Made by a program: the position numbers and the translations under genes
Notes under the pieces: generated by a model
Databases searched by the model: none
What the model was told of the DNA's origin: nothing
The model's input: only the letters and a program-made list of their open reading frames with translations
In this document: in pieces, positions 16,361-24,641 of the stretch
How positions within the stretch are numbered: position 1 is the stretch's first letter
How the letters are laid out: every line of letters begins with the position of its first letter
Assembly (NCBI GenBank): GCA_002449265.1
Contig: DKCV01000025.1
Coordinates: 79,955-143,954 of the forward strand
Reading direction: 5' to 3'
Length of the DNA stretch: 64,000 nt
Origin: Bacillales bacterium UBA6865
Lineage (GTDB): Bacteria; Bacillota_I; Bacilli_A; RFN20; CAG-826

Positions 16361-17416
16361 TTATTTTATAGGCTTAGTATGGAAACGCCCATAAACTTGT
16401 GTCATAGGCATTGTCTCCACGAAAGCGCTAGGATCTTCTTTACGAACTAAATTAATCAAAGGTTTAACCTCACTATTAGAAACAACCATCGTCACAACAT
16501 AACGAGTTGTGCCTGAATAGGCCCCTTTTCCTTCTACAATAGTCGCACCGTGTGGGAAGGATTCAATTAAAACACTCGCAATTTCTTTACTTGAGGAAAT
16601 AATTTCAAGTTTAACTTTTTTGTTACGCAAATGAATTTTGTCAACGACCAAAGAACAAGTGAATAGATAAAGAAGACTATAGAAAGCTCTAGCGATATCA
16701 TGAGCGATTTCCATACTATCCCATTTCATTAAGGCCATCGATAAAAGGGTATAGCAAGTAAGAGTGACAGCGTTTAAAGCAGCACTATATTTTCCGACCA
16801 TCGTGTTCTTTTTGATAGCAATGGTAGTTGCGATAACATCAATTCCACCGGCGGAAATATCGACAGAGAAGGCAAGCGCACTAGATAAGCCGATACAAAT
16901 GCCACCAAAAAGGGCTCGACCGATCAATCCACCTCCATAGGTCGTAACAAAATTAAATACTTCTCCGAAAGCAGGAACGGAAGAAACGCTTAAAAGCTTA
17001 ATAAACAAAGAAACTTCAGCAACGTTAATCCCCGTGAAAATTGCAAAACGCTTTCCAATTTTAAAATAGGAAAGTAGCAAAAGAGGGATGTTAATCGCGA
17101 AGTAAATAATAGAATAAGCAAGATGGGTATCCGTGATTTTCCAACCACAAAGTTCAAAGAAAAGAACCAAAACTTGGCTGATGCCACTCACTCCACCAGA
17201 GACAATATTAGGAGCAGGAGTTGCTGCTCCATCTACAACCACAACGTGTCCACTCACATCCATAAAGCAGTTAAATCCAAACGCAAAGAAAAATGCGCTA
17301 ATGGTTGAAACAATCAAAATCCAGGACCATTCAAGTCCGTTTTTTACTTTTGTGTGGTCATAAAGCCAATTATTAACCGAGGTTTTAATTTTTTCTTCTT
17401 CTTGTTTAATGTGCAT
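16361..17416 (-). CDS. YitT-family membrane protein with a C-terminal DUF2179 domain
   Basis: Multi-TM N-terminal part. C-terminal HGATIVEGKGAYSG...VVTMVVS..EV..L...V...DP.AFV. Confidence 0.8.
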   Translation of the reverse strand: MHIKQEEEKIKTSVNNWLYDHTKVKNGLEWSWILIVSTISAFFFAFGFNCFMDVSGHVVVVDGAATPAPNIVSGGVSGISQVLVLFFELCGWKITDTHLAYSIIYFAINIPLLLLSYFKIGKRFAIFTGINVAEVSLFIKLLSVSSVPAFGEVFNFVTTYGGGLIGRALFGGICIGLSSALAFSVDISAGGIDVIATTIAIKKNTMVGKYSAALNAVTLTCYTLLSMALMKWDSMEIAHDIARAFYSLLYLFTCSLVVDKIHLRNKKVKLEIISSSKEIASVLIESFPHGATIVEGKGAYSGTTRYVVTMVVSNSEVKPLINLVRKEDPSAFVETMPMTQVYGRFHTKPIK

Positions 17417-17424
17417 AAAAAACG

Positions 17425-17430
17425 ATTATA
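17425..17430 (-). promoter_or_regulatory. -10 box TATAAT, 8 nt upstream of the yitT-family ATG (candidate leaderless or near-leaderless)
   Basis: Minus strand reads GCTATAAT-CGTTTTTT-ATG. Confidence 0.4.
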
Positions 17431-17503
17431 GCGGATTTCTTGTATAAAACTAATAGGAAAGTATTTACTCCCCCATCAAAGATGGGACAGGAAAAAACAA
17501 TTA

Positions 17504-17532
17504 TTGCCACCATAGGTGGTCAATGCTATGAT
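17504..17532 (+). promoter_or_regulatory. Sigma-A-type promoter TTGCCA-17nt-TATGAT for the 17574 gene (SD-led)
   Basis: TTGCCA (17504-17509), 17-nt spacer, TATGAT (17527-17532). GGAGG lies at 17561-17565. Confidence 0.55.
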
Positions 17533-17573
17533 AATCGGGCTGATTTTATCAGGCTTCTTTTTCGGAGGTTATA

Positions 17574-18440
17574 GTGATGATAGTTCTTAAAGCAATAGGC
17601 GCCTTCTTTGTCAAGATTTGGCGTTGGATCAAAGAGACAGCTTGGGTACAACCTTTGCTTATCGTTGGTGCTATCTTTGCGATTATCTTCTCCATTCCTT
17701 ATATCACTGACTGGGTTTCTAGTTGGGGATATGGATCAACCGGTGCTTTCTTTAATTCCAAAAAGCAAACTTTGGAAGGTGAAAAAGATGCAAAAGATTC
17801 TTCTTATAACACTAAAGCGGACGAAATCACCGATCATATCGACGAAAATATCACCCACATTAAAAATCGTGAGGCCGATAAAATCGATAAGGAAAAATAC
17901 GGTGAGAAATTCTTCCTTGTTTATACAGCGAGCGATTGCGATGGCTGTGACAAAGCGGAAGGCGGATTTAAATATTTAAGCGAACAATGGGGTAGCATCT
18001 ATTTGCCTTCCGATAAAAGAAGCTTCAATTTCTATTCCATCTTCACGAATGAAAAATCCTCCAACGATAGCGATTATAGCGAAACAACTGACGACAAAAC
18101 CGCGTTCCAACGCTATTTAGGACGTCATCTTAACTTCTTTAATAGAACTGCCTACGATTTAGAAAAAGCCCCTTATAAAACAAACAAGAGCATCGACGAT
18201 ACCAACTATAGCTATTACGAAAAACCAGATCCAGAAAAGTTTGTTACTCCTACAATCCTTCTCGTTGACTATAGTAAAGAAGCGATTGAACTTGGCCGTG
18301 GCGGCGTTAGTGAAGTGCTTTTTGGATTAAGCGGTGATACGGATGCGGAACGTGCAAATACCCTTATCAAAATGTGGAATCATCTCGACACGACCGAAGA
18401 AGCAAAGAGTAATAACGAATTCTCTAGTGTCTATCGTTAA
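17574..18440 (+). CDS. Membrane-anchored thioredoxin-fold-like protein (CDGC motif)
   Basis: N-terminal TM helix. FFLVYTASDCDGCDKA (CxxC) and a later TPTILLVDY (cis-Pro-like), spaced as in a Trx fold. Confidence 0.45.
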   Translation: MMIVLKAIGAFFVKIWRWIKETAWVQPLLIVGAIFAIIFSIPYITDWVSSWGYGSTGAFFNSKKQTLEGEKDAKDSSYNTKADEITDHIDENITHIKNREADKIDKEKYGEKFFLVYTASDCDGCDKAEGGFKYLSEQWGSIYLPSDKRSFNFYSIFTNEKSSNDSDYSETTDDKTAFQRYLGRHLNFFNRTAYDLEKAPYKTNKSIDDTNYSYYEKPDPEKFVTPTILLVDYSKEAIELGRGGVSEVLFGLSGDTDAERANTLIKMWNHLDTTEEAKSNNEFSSVYR

Positions 18441-18454
18441 TAATTTATCAAACT

Positions 18455-18487
18455 AAGCTGCGGTGAAAATCGCGGCTTTCTTTATTT
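18455..18487 (+). terminator. Rho-independent terminator
   Basis: GCTGCG-8nt-CGCGGC stem (one G-U pair) followed by TTTCTTTATTT. Confidence 0.65.
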
Positions 18488-18520
18488 AATTTAACATAAC
18501 CAATTTTATTCAGTAATCGA

Positions 18521-18526
18521 TATAAT
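18521..18526 (+). promoter_or_regulatory. -10 box TATAAT, 6 nt upstream of ATG 18533 (candidate leaderless)
   Basis: TATAAT-TTAACT-ATG. No SD sequence is present. Confidence 0.45.
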
Positions 18527-18532
18527 TTAACT

Positions 18533-19099
18533 ATGGCAATCAAACATTCTATTTTAGACAAGGTATTAATTTCTACCTTAGTGAAAGGCGAAACCTACAA
18601 GAAGGAAGACTACGTTTTTTCAAACGATCTTCATCTTTCGACGAAAGAACCACTATTGCTTCTAGCAGCAGATGAAATTCCTTTCGTTTTTTATTCCAAA
18701 TCAAAAAAAATAGTCGGTGCTTTATCACTAACAAAAGAAGATACGATGAACGAAAAATTATTGTTCGCGCTCAAAAAAGTTATGGAAAGAGAATTGATTT
18801 CCCCAAATGACTTATATTGCTATCTAGGCCCCTCTTTAACTTTTTCTCACGTTAGAGTAGACCGAGAAACTTTGTTAGCAATGATCAAAAAAGGCTATCG
18901 AGCAGCAGCAAAACGAACCGATAAAGTAGATTATTTGGATTTGCCGATGCTCAATGTCGTAATACTCAGAAATTTGGGAATACCATTTAATCATATCGCA
19001 ATCGATATTCATGATACATATGAAGCGGAATCACTACTATATAGCGAATCACGCGGAGATAAAGAAAAGAATCCGACGTTAATCGAATTCATGAAATAG
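18533..19099 (+). CDS. Hypothetical protein; weak, degenerate resemblance to the YfiH/PgeF (DUF152) family
   Basis: Motif order LLLAADEIPFV.., GALSL.., YLGPSL.., DLP..N...L...GI..., D..DTY...LLYSESR parallels YfiH, but the conserved Cys/His residues are replaced. Confidence 0.3.
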   Translation: MAIKHSILDKVLISTLVKGETYKKEDYVFSNDLHLSTKEPLLLLAADEIPFVFYSKSKKIVGALSLTKEDTMNEKLLFALKKVMERELISPNDLYCYLGPSLTFSHVRVDRETLLAMIKKGYRAAAKRTDKVDYLDLPMLNVVILRNLGIPFNHIAIDIHDTYEAESLLYSESRGDKEKNPTLIEFMK

Positions 19100-19110
19100 G
19101 ATTAAGAATC

Positions 19111-19587
19111 CTATTTTTCTTTATCTTTAAACATCTTGACCACGATTGGAGGGACAAGAGAAGAAATGTCTTTCCCGCCACAATGTAGCTCATTAATTGC
19201 CGTAGAAGAAATAAACGTTTCTTCTTTTCGCGACATAAAGAAGACCATATCAATATTCGGATTAGCGAATTCATTGGCGGCAGCCATTTGAAATTCATAT
19301 TCAAAGTCAGTGACCGCTCTTAAACCGCGGATAATGTATCCACTACCGATTTTTTGGCAATAATCAACGATGAGACCAGGAGTAAAATCAACTTCCACAT
19401 TCGAAAATTCTTTTGCGACTTCTTTCATCATTACGAGTCTATCTTCAATAGAAAAAACACTCTTTTTAGCAGGATTCACCGCTAAAAGAAAGATGACTTT
19501 ATCAAACAAACCAATGCTTCTACGTAGTATTTCAATATGCCCATTCGTCACCGGGTCAAACGATCCAGGATATACCCCAATTCGCAT
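19111..19587 (-). CDS. coaD: Phosphopantetheine adenylyltransferase
   Basis: MRIGVYPGSFDPVTNGHIEI (HxGH motif). ATG 19587 is preceded by TGGAGA; the ORF-track start at 19599 is a TTG. Confidence 0.92.
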   Translation of the reverse strand: MRIGVYPGSFDPVTNGHIEILRRSIGLFDKVIFLLAVNPAKKSVFSIEDRLVMMKEVAKEFSNVEVDFTPGLIVDYCQKIGSGYIIRGLRAVTDFEYEFQMAAANEFANPNIDMVFFMSRKEETFISSTAINELHCGGKDISSLVPPIVVKMFKDKEK

Positions 19588-19589
19588 AA

Positions 19590-20132
19590 TTATCTCCAAT
19601 ATATCGCTACATGCGTTCTACCATAATGATAAACGCGCTCACGCTGAAAACCACTATTTTTTATCGGATTATCGTTTTCATATTCAATAACGATGATTCC
19701 ATTTTCTTTCAATAAATCATGATTTAATACGAAATGAAAAGAATATTCATAAGCCTCTTTGTCTTTATAAGGAGGATCAATAAAAACGATGGAAAACTTT
19801 TTTGCGTTGTTTTTTAAAGTATCAAGGTTCTTCTTATAATCCCCTTCTAGAACGCTAGAACCATTAATTTTTAAATTCGCTAAATTCTTTTGAATTATTT
19901 GAATTGCTTCTTTGTTGCTATCACAAAAAACGCAGGAAGAAGCGCCACGTGATAAAAGTTCGATACCAACCGCGCCGCTTCCAGCGAATAAATCTAAAAC
20001 ATTTGCATCTTCTAAATAGGCAGAAAGCGCGTTACCAATCCCTAATCGAACAATGGATTTGGTTGGTACTTCTAAATAAGTAGGAACCTCAATTTTTCGG
20101 CTTCGAAAAAGCCCTCCACCAACCGTAATCAT
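19590..20132 (-). CDS. rsmD: 16S rRNA (guanine966-N2)-methyltransferase RsmD
   Basis: VLDLFAGSGAVGIELLSRGA and FIDPPY. The ylbF/rsmD/coaD order matches Bacillus ylbF-ylbH-ylbI. Confidence 0.85.
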   Translation of the reverse strand: MITVGGGLFRSRKIEVPTYLEVPTKSIVRLGIGNALSAYLEDANVLDLFAGSGAVGIELLSRGASSCVFCDSNKEAIQIIQKNLANLKINGSSVLEGDYKKNLDTLKNNAKKFSIVFIDPPYKDKEAYEYSFHFVLNHDLLKENGIIVIEYENDNPIKNSGFQRERVYHYGRTHVAIYWR

Positions 20133-20494
20133 AATGAAGCAACGTGAATAACCTTTTTTCGATAGGGAGAAAACAAAATATCATCAATTAGCATGTATAA
20201 GTCTCTTACCGCGATATAGGCGGTAGAATATTCTTTGACTAAAGGATAAGAATCTAAAGCAAGTTTTGCTTCGTAAAGAGAGCGCTGCATTGCGATTGTT
20301 TTTTCGTTTTTCTCGCCATAATGCGCTAAAAGAAAAGAATATCCCTTCTCTTTTTCTTTAAGAGAATCTGATAATTTCTTAACTTCTTCATTTTCAGATA
20401 CCTTTCGTTCAAGTTCATTAAGAAGAAGAATTCGAGGGTCCTCATCTATCGCTTTTTTCAATGATTCGATTGAGCAAATTGTTTTCTCATTCAT
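20129..20494 (-). CDS. YlbF/YmcA-family regulatory protein
   Basis: Size, helical character and the motif S.P.V.EY..A......L, plus conserved position upstream of rsmD-coaD. Confidence 0.55.
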   Translation of the reverse strand: MNEKTICSIESLKKAIDEDPRILLLNELERKVSENEEVKKLSDSLKEKEKGYSFLLAHYGEKNEKTIAMQRSLYEAKLALDSYPLVKEYSTAYIAVRDLYMLIDDILFSPYRKKVIHVASL

Positions 20495-20504
20495 ACAATT
20501 TCTT

Positions 20505-20513
20505 ATTATACCA
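20505..20513 (-). promoter_or_regulatory. Extended -10 TGgTATAAT, 10 nt upstream of ATG 20494
   Basis: Minus strand reads TGGTATAAT-AAGAAATTGT-ATG, giving a predicted 5' UTR of about 3 nt. Confidence 0.5.
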
Positions 20514-20565
20514 AACGAAAGAAACGATAGATATGAGGCAAAGATGGTCGATTGATGGAAAAGGG

Positions 20566-20574
20566 TGATAAAAT
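20566..20574 (+). promoter_or_regulatory. Extended -10 TGaTAAAAT, 6 nt upstream of the def ATG (candidate leaderless)
   Basis: TGATAAAAT-ATCGTT-ATG(20581). Confidence 0.5.
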
Positions 20575-20580
20575 ATCGTT

Positions 20581-21132
20581 ATGTTAAAAATCGTTAAAGA
20601 CACAGCTACTTCCTTACGTGCGAGGTGTAAGGAAGTCACTCTCCCTCTCTCAAAAGAGGACAAAACCCTTCTTTATCAAATGGTCGAATATCTCCAAAAC
20701 TCGCAAAACGAAGAATATCGAAAGTCACATCCGAAAGTAAGAGAAGGGATAGGCTTAGCGGCACCACAAGTCGGTGTAAATAAAAGAATGCTCGTTATTT
20801 ATTACCCTTCAATCGAAGCAGAAGGAGTTTACGTAAAGCACATGCTCGTTAATCCGCAAATTGTCGCAAGCAGTATCAAAAAATGCTATTTGGCTGGCGG
20901 AGAAGGGTGCTTATCCGTTGATACTCCTCACCCAGGATTAGTCCACCGTGATTATCGGATTACGGTAAAAGCGATTGAAGCATCGACCGAGCAAGAAGTC
21001 ACTATCCACGCTAAAGGATATGATGCGATAGTTTTGCAACATGAAATTGATCACCTAAACGGCATTCTCTTTTATGACCATATCGATAAAAATAATCCTG
21101 ATAAACCCTTGCCTGGAGCAATAGCAATATGA
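20581..21132 (+). CDS. def: Peptide deformylase
   Basis: GLAAPQVGV, EGCLSV and HEIDHLNG motifs. Confidence 0.95.
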   Translation: MLKIVKDTATSLRARCKEVTLPLSKEDKTLLYQMVEYLQNSQNEEYRKSHPKVREGIGLAAPQVGVNKRMLVIYYPSIEAEGVYVKHMLVNPQIVASSIKKCYLAGGEGCLSVDTPHPGLVHRDYRITVKAIEASTEQEVTIHAKGYDAIVLQHEIDHLNGILFYDHIDKNNPDKPLPGAIAI

Positions 21133-22190
21133 AACGTCACTTTGTCTTTCCATTAATTATATTGCTCGCGCTTACAGGATGTTCAAACGCGGCATCTAAA
21201 GAAAAAGATCCAATCACTGCAATGGATTTTAATGGAGGTTCTTTTAAGGTTCTCCAATTAACCGACATTCATTTTACCTATTCGACAAACATCAAAAGAG
21301 AGAGTTCGTTCATCACTGCTAACGTTAGTTATGCAAACCCTGACCTAATCGTTATCACGGGCGATTCTTTGCTTAATGCCTCAAAAGGAACAGCAAATGA
21401 ACTTTTTGCGATGTTTGATAGCTGGGAAAAACCCTACTATTTCCTTTTTGGCAACCATGAATTGCAGGGATTTTATAGTGAATCATGGTTAATGGAAAAG
21501 ATTTACGGTAGTAAATACTGCCTTAATGCCAAAATGGGGGCTACATCTAGTAGTGGTCACACAGATAACGTTTTGAATTTAAAGAAAAACGGCAAAACGA
21601 TTTTCCAAATCTATACGCTCGATACTCACAATAGCACGAACATTAATGGAACTTATTATTACGATAATTTAAAAGATGACCAAATCGCTTGGTATGAAAA
21701 GGAAGCCAAAAAAGCAAAAGAAGAAAATGGAGGAACTGTCATTCCTTCTCTAGGCTTTATGCATATTCCGCTTTGGGAAATCGTGGATGCTTATTTAAAT
21801 AACAAAGAGGGGATAATTGGCGAGATACACGAAAGCGCAACTTATAAAAAAGTCCCTGAGCTAGTTGAAAAATTAGGTGCCCCTCTTCCTTTTTGCCCGA
21901 GCGGAAAATATGCGCCATTTTTCCCAAAAGCAAAAAAATACGGGATGAAAGGCATTTTCTTTGGGCACGACCATTCCAATGACTGGGTTGGAGAATACGA
22001 AAACGTTGCTTTGGGGTATGGGGTTAAATCAGATCGACAACTTTATTTTAGTGTCTCAAATCAAGGAAATGAGATGATTGGAGGTGCACTTTACACCATA
22101 AAAGAAGATGCTTCTTATTCAATTAAGCACTTCTTTAGAAACTATGAAACTTTAAAAATCGTCGAAGAAAAGGAGGTATTCCGTCCATGA
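21129..22190 (+). CDS. Metallophosphoesterase lipoprotein
   Basis: Lipobox LALTGC. Motifs LTDIH, GDS, GNHE and GHDH. ATGA overlap with def. Confidence 0.7.
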   Translation: MKRHFVFPLIILLALTGCSNAASKEKDPITAMDFNGGSFKVLQLTDIHFTYSTNIKRESSFITANVSYANPDLIVITGDSLLNASKGTANELFAMFDSWEKPYYFLFGNHELQGFYSESWLMEKIYGSKYCLNAKMGATSSSGHTDNVLNLKKNGKTIFQIYTLDTHNSTNINGTYYYDNLKDDQIAWYEKEAKKAKEENGGTVIPSLGFMHIPLWEIVDAYLNNKEGIIGEIHESATYKKVPELVEKLGAPLPFCPSGKYAPFFPKAKKYGMKGIFFGHDHSNDWVGEYENVALGYGVKSDRQLYFSVSNQGNEMIGGALYTIKEDASYSIKHFFRNYETLKIVEEKEVFRP

Positions 22191-23104
22191 AGAAGAAAGC
22201 TTTCCTTAATCTAGTAGAAATCGTGCTCTACTTATTCGCTGCTTTTTCCTTTTTTGGATTTGCTTACGTTGGCTTAGACATGGTTTCGAGTGTCTTTGCA
22301 AGCGGATATCGCACCGTTCCAGCGTTTTTCGCTTACTTTCTACCGACTTTATCCTTAATCATAAATCACCGCATAACCCACGCAAAATCCATCGAATCGG
22401 AAAAGAAGCACGCAAAAATTGATGGTTATATTTTATTAGGAATTTCTTTCTATATCATTCTATTGGATATCGTTTATTTCGCTTTAAACGAATATTATGC
22501 GTTAGTTGAAGGAACCGTTACTCCTCTTTACCCACTAGATACAATCCTTCTAGCGTTATTAGGAGGCGGATATGGGATTTATTTGTTATTAAAATCCAAG
22601 TCCCAAATCAAGGAAGTTTCTTTCCCTTATTACCCAAATAACGGCACAAAACTGGAACGCTTTTTATCGTTTTTACTAAAAGGAATAGGCTTAGGGTTCT
22701 CCTTATATATGGTAGGCGGATTGCTTTGGGGATTAGATTTTGCTTATTGGGATAACCCCGATTTCTATCGCATGATTCCTTTATTTATCTTAATGGTCGT
22801 TATCGCCTTACTTTTAGGATACGACATCTATTTTGAAAGCTATCCTATCAAAGAGTTTCCCCTAAAAACAAAAAGGATCATTCTAGTTTGCCTAAGCGCA
22901 TTAACTTTGATAGGTATCGTTTGGACAACCATCACCTTTATAACTTTCCCTGATGTCATTGTTAAAGTAGGCCAACCCTATTTCCGAGTCGATATCATTG
23001 GGAATCTCAATATTGCGCCTTACGCATTAACGATTCCACCAGCGCTTTATTGCGTATATTTGTGGTCACTTCTACTATTAAAAACAACCACGAATAAACA
23101 CTAA
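22187..23104 (+). CDS. Polytopic membrane protein, unknown function
   Basis: About 8 hydrophobic segments. 4-nt overlap with the upstream gene. Confidence 0.5.
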   Translation: MKKKAFLNLVEIVLYLFAAFSFFGFAYVGLDMVSSVFASGYRTVPAFFAYFLPTLSLIINHRITHAKSIESEKKHAKIDGYILLGISFYIILLDIVYFALNEYYALVEGTVTPLYPLDTILLALLGGGYGIYLLLKSKSQIKEVSFPYYPNNGTKLERFLSFLLKGIGLGFSLYMVGGLLWGLDFAYWDNPDFYRMIPLFILMVVIALLLGYDIYFESYPIKEFPLKTKRIILVCLSALTLIGIVWTTITFITFPDVIVKVGQPYFRVDIIGNLNIAPYALTIPPALYCVYLWSLLLLKTTTNKH

Positions 23105-23106
23105 CC

Positions 23107-23664
23107 TTATTTGAGCAAAGGTTTTAAAGAAGAGTTGCTCACAAACAAAATGCCTTTCACATGTAATGAAGGGAGAGGCTCAAGGTTTTTAGGGTTATCA
23201 TCAATCATATAGACATTTTCGTAGGATTTGTGTTGATCACGAATCACATATTCATAAATTCTAGGATCTGGTTTTGCTAAGCCTAAGGCACTAGAGGAAT
23301 AAATCTTTTTAAAGAGCGAAGTTAAACCCCGTTTCTCAAAAAGCGATTCAACAAAACCTTTTGGGGCGTTGCTCACTAAAACAACATCCCCTTTTTTAGT
23401 AAGCTCTTTTACGTGAGGCAATATTGCTTCATTTAATTGAGGGGGCTCATCCCAAAATCTCTTTGCTTTAGAAACGGGAATACCATAATCCTTTTCGATT
23501 TTAAGATAAAATTCATCTAAGGTCACTTTCCCTAAGTCGATATCGTGAAAATATTTTTCTTTGAACTCTTTTGCTTCTTCTTTTGAGAAAAAAGTTTCAA
23601 AAAAGCGTGGTGCGATTTCTTGAAAAATCACATTGAAGCAATCAAACATATATAAATTACTCAT
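23107..23664 (-). CDS. HAD-superfamily hydrolase-like protein with an atypical motif I
   Basis: Motif I reads FDCFNV (second Asp replaced). SNAPKG (motif II-like) and MIDDNPKN (motif IV). ATG 23664 overlaps the upstream TGA (ATGA). Confidence 0.6.
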   Translation of the reverse strand: MSNLYMFDCFNVIFQEIAPRFFETFFSKEEAKEFKEKYFHDIDLGKVTLDEFYLKIEKDYGIPVSKAKRFWDEPPQLNEAILPHVKELTKKGDVVLVSNAPKGFVESLFEKRGLTSLFKKIYSSSALGLAKPDPRIYEYVIRDQHKSYENVYMIDDNPKNLEPLPSLHVKGILFVSNSSLKPLLK

Positions 23665-24440
23665 CTCGTGTTCACTCCTGAAAGCAAGCTCATCGCGAAA
23701 TCCATAGCAATCTCGCTGACGTCTTTTTGACGACGTTTTTCTTTCTCGTGATCCATATTTCCGATTTCCCAATTCTTAGTAATAACATCCCCTGCAAAGA
23801 AAAATAGATACAAATCAAGATTTAAATAAGTAGCAACCGCTTCTAAACCGCTAGATTCCATGTCCACAGAAATGCAGCCTTCATTCCTTCTTTGCGCGAT
23901 TTTATTCTTCGTTTCTTGATAAAAAGCATCAGTGCAATAGTTTCTACCTTTCGTAAATGTAAGATTATGTTTTAAGAAATAATTTTCTAATATAGACGCA
24001 TTTTTCATCTTGATATAGTCAGATGAAGATAAATAATGATAAGAAAGACCTTCTCCGCGATAAGATTCCGTTGGCAAAATGATTTGATTTTTTAGTCTTT
24101 GGTCTAAGACACCGCATGAACCAAAGAAAACAAATTTCTTGGCACCCAAAATCGCATTTGCTTCTTGTAAGGAAGTGCCCGCTAAAGCGGAAGAAATCGG
24201 AGACATATAGAACAATATTTTCACGTTTCCAACAAAAATCCGATAGATCGGAATGGAACCATTCGCTGTTCCAATATGAGCAATAATCTTATGCCGATAT
24301 TCGCAAAGAATCTTTCTTTTTGCATGAATCGAAAAAGTCACTACAGTAACCTCTTCCTCAACATTTTTCGCCTTTTTGTAATAATCAAGCGGCCCAAACA
24401 TCGGCTCACTATTACAATCAAACTCTTTCTCAATAGACAT
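23661..24440 (-). CDS. Nucleoside phosphorylase family (PNP_UDP_1, uridine-phosphorylase-like)
   Basis: FFGSCGVL and SVDMESSGLEAVA motifs typical of the PNP/UDP phosphorylase fold. Confidence 0.65.
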   Translation of the reverse strand: MSIEKEFDCNSEPMFGPLDYYKKAKNVEEEVTVVTFSIHAKRKILCEYRHKIIAHIGTANGSIPIYRIFVGNVKILFYMSPISSALAGTSLQEANAILGAKKFVFFGSCGVLDQRLKNQIILPTESYRGEGLSYHYLSSSDYIKMKNASILENYFLKHNLTFTKGRNYCTDAFYQETKNKIAQRRNEGCISVDMESSGLEAVATYLNLDLYLFFFAGDVITKNWEIGNMDHEKEKRRQKDVSEIAMDFAMSLLSGVNTR

Positions 24441-24488
24441 ACTTTAATGATTATTTTAAGGGATGCGTCTATTTTCAATAGAATATTT

Positions 24489-24541
24489 CTTAGATATGAA
24501 AATAGATGAAACCTCTTTCATTAAATATCTAAGTCTTTTTC
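24489..24541 (+). promoter_or_regulatory. Terminator-like compound hairpin in the rnj 5' region
   Basis: CTTAGATAT (24489-24497) pairs with ATATCTAAG (24525-24533). It encloses ATGAAA-CCTC-TTTCAT and is followed by TCTTTTTC. Confidence 0.45.
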
Positions 24542-24641
24542 TAGATGAAAAGTCCTTTCAATATGATATATTAGTGGCAACAAAGTCGACCATATGACGT
24601 TGTGTCTAATCGTTTAAGTTTTCTAAGGAGTCATTATTTCT

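Noticed and set aside
23665-23772. N-terminal 36-aa extension of the HAD ORF (MGNRKYGSRERK...)
   Set aside because: It overlaps the 3' end of the phosphorylase gene in another frame. The internal ATG 23664 gives the normal HAD N-terminus and an ATGA stop-start overlap.
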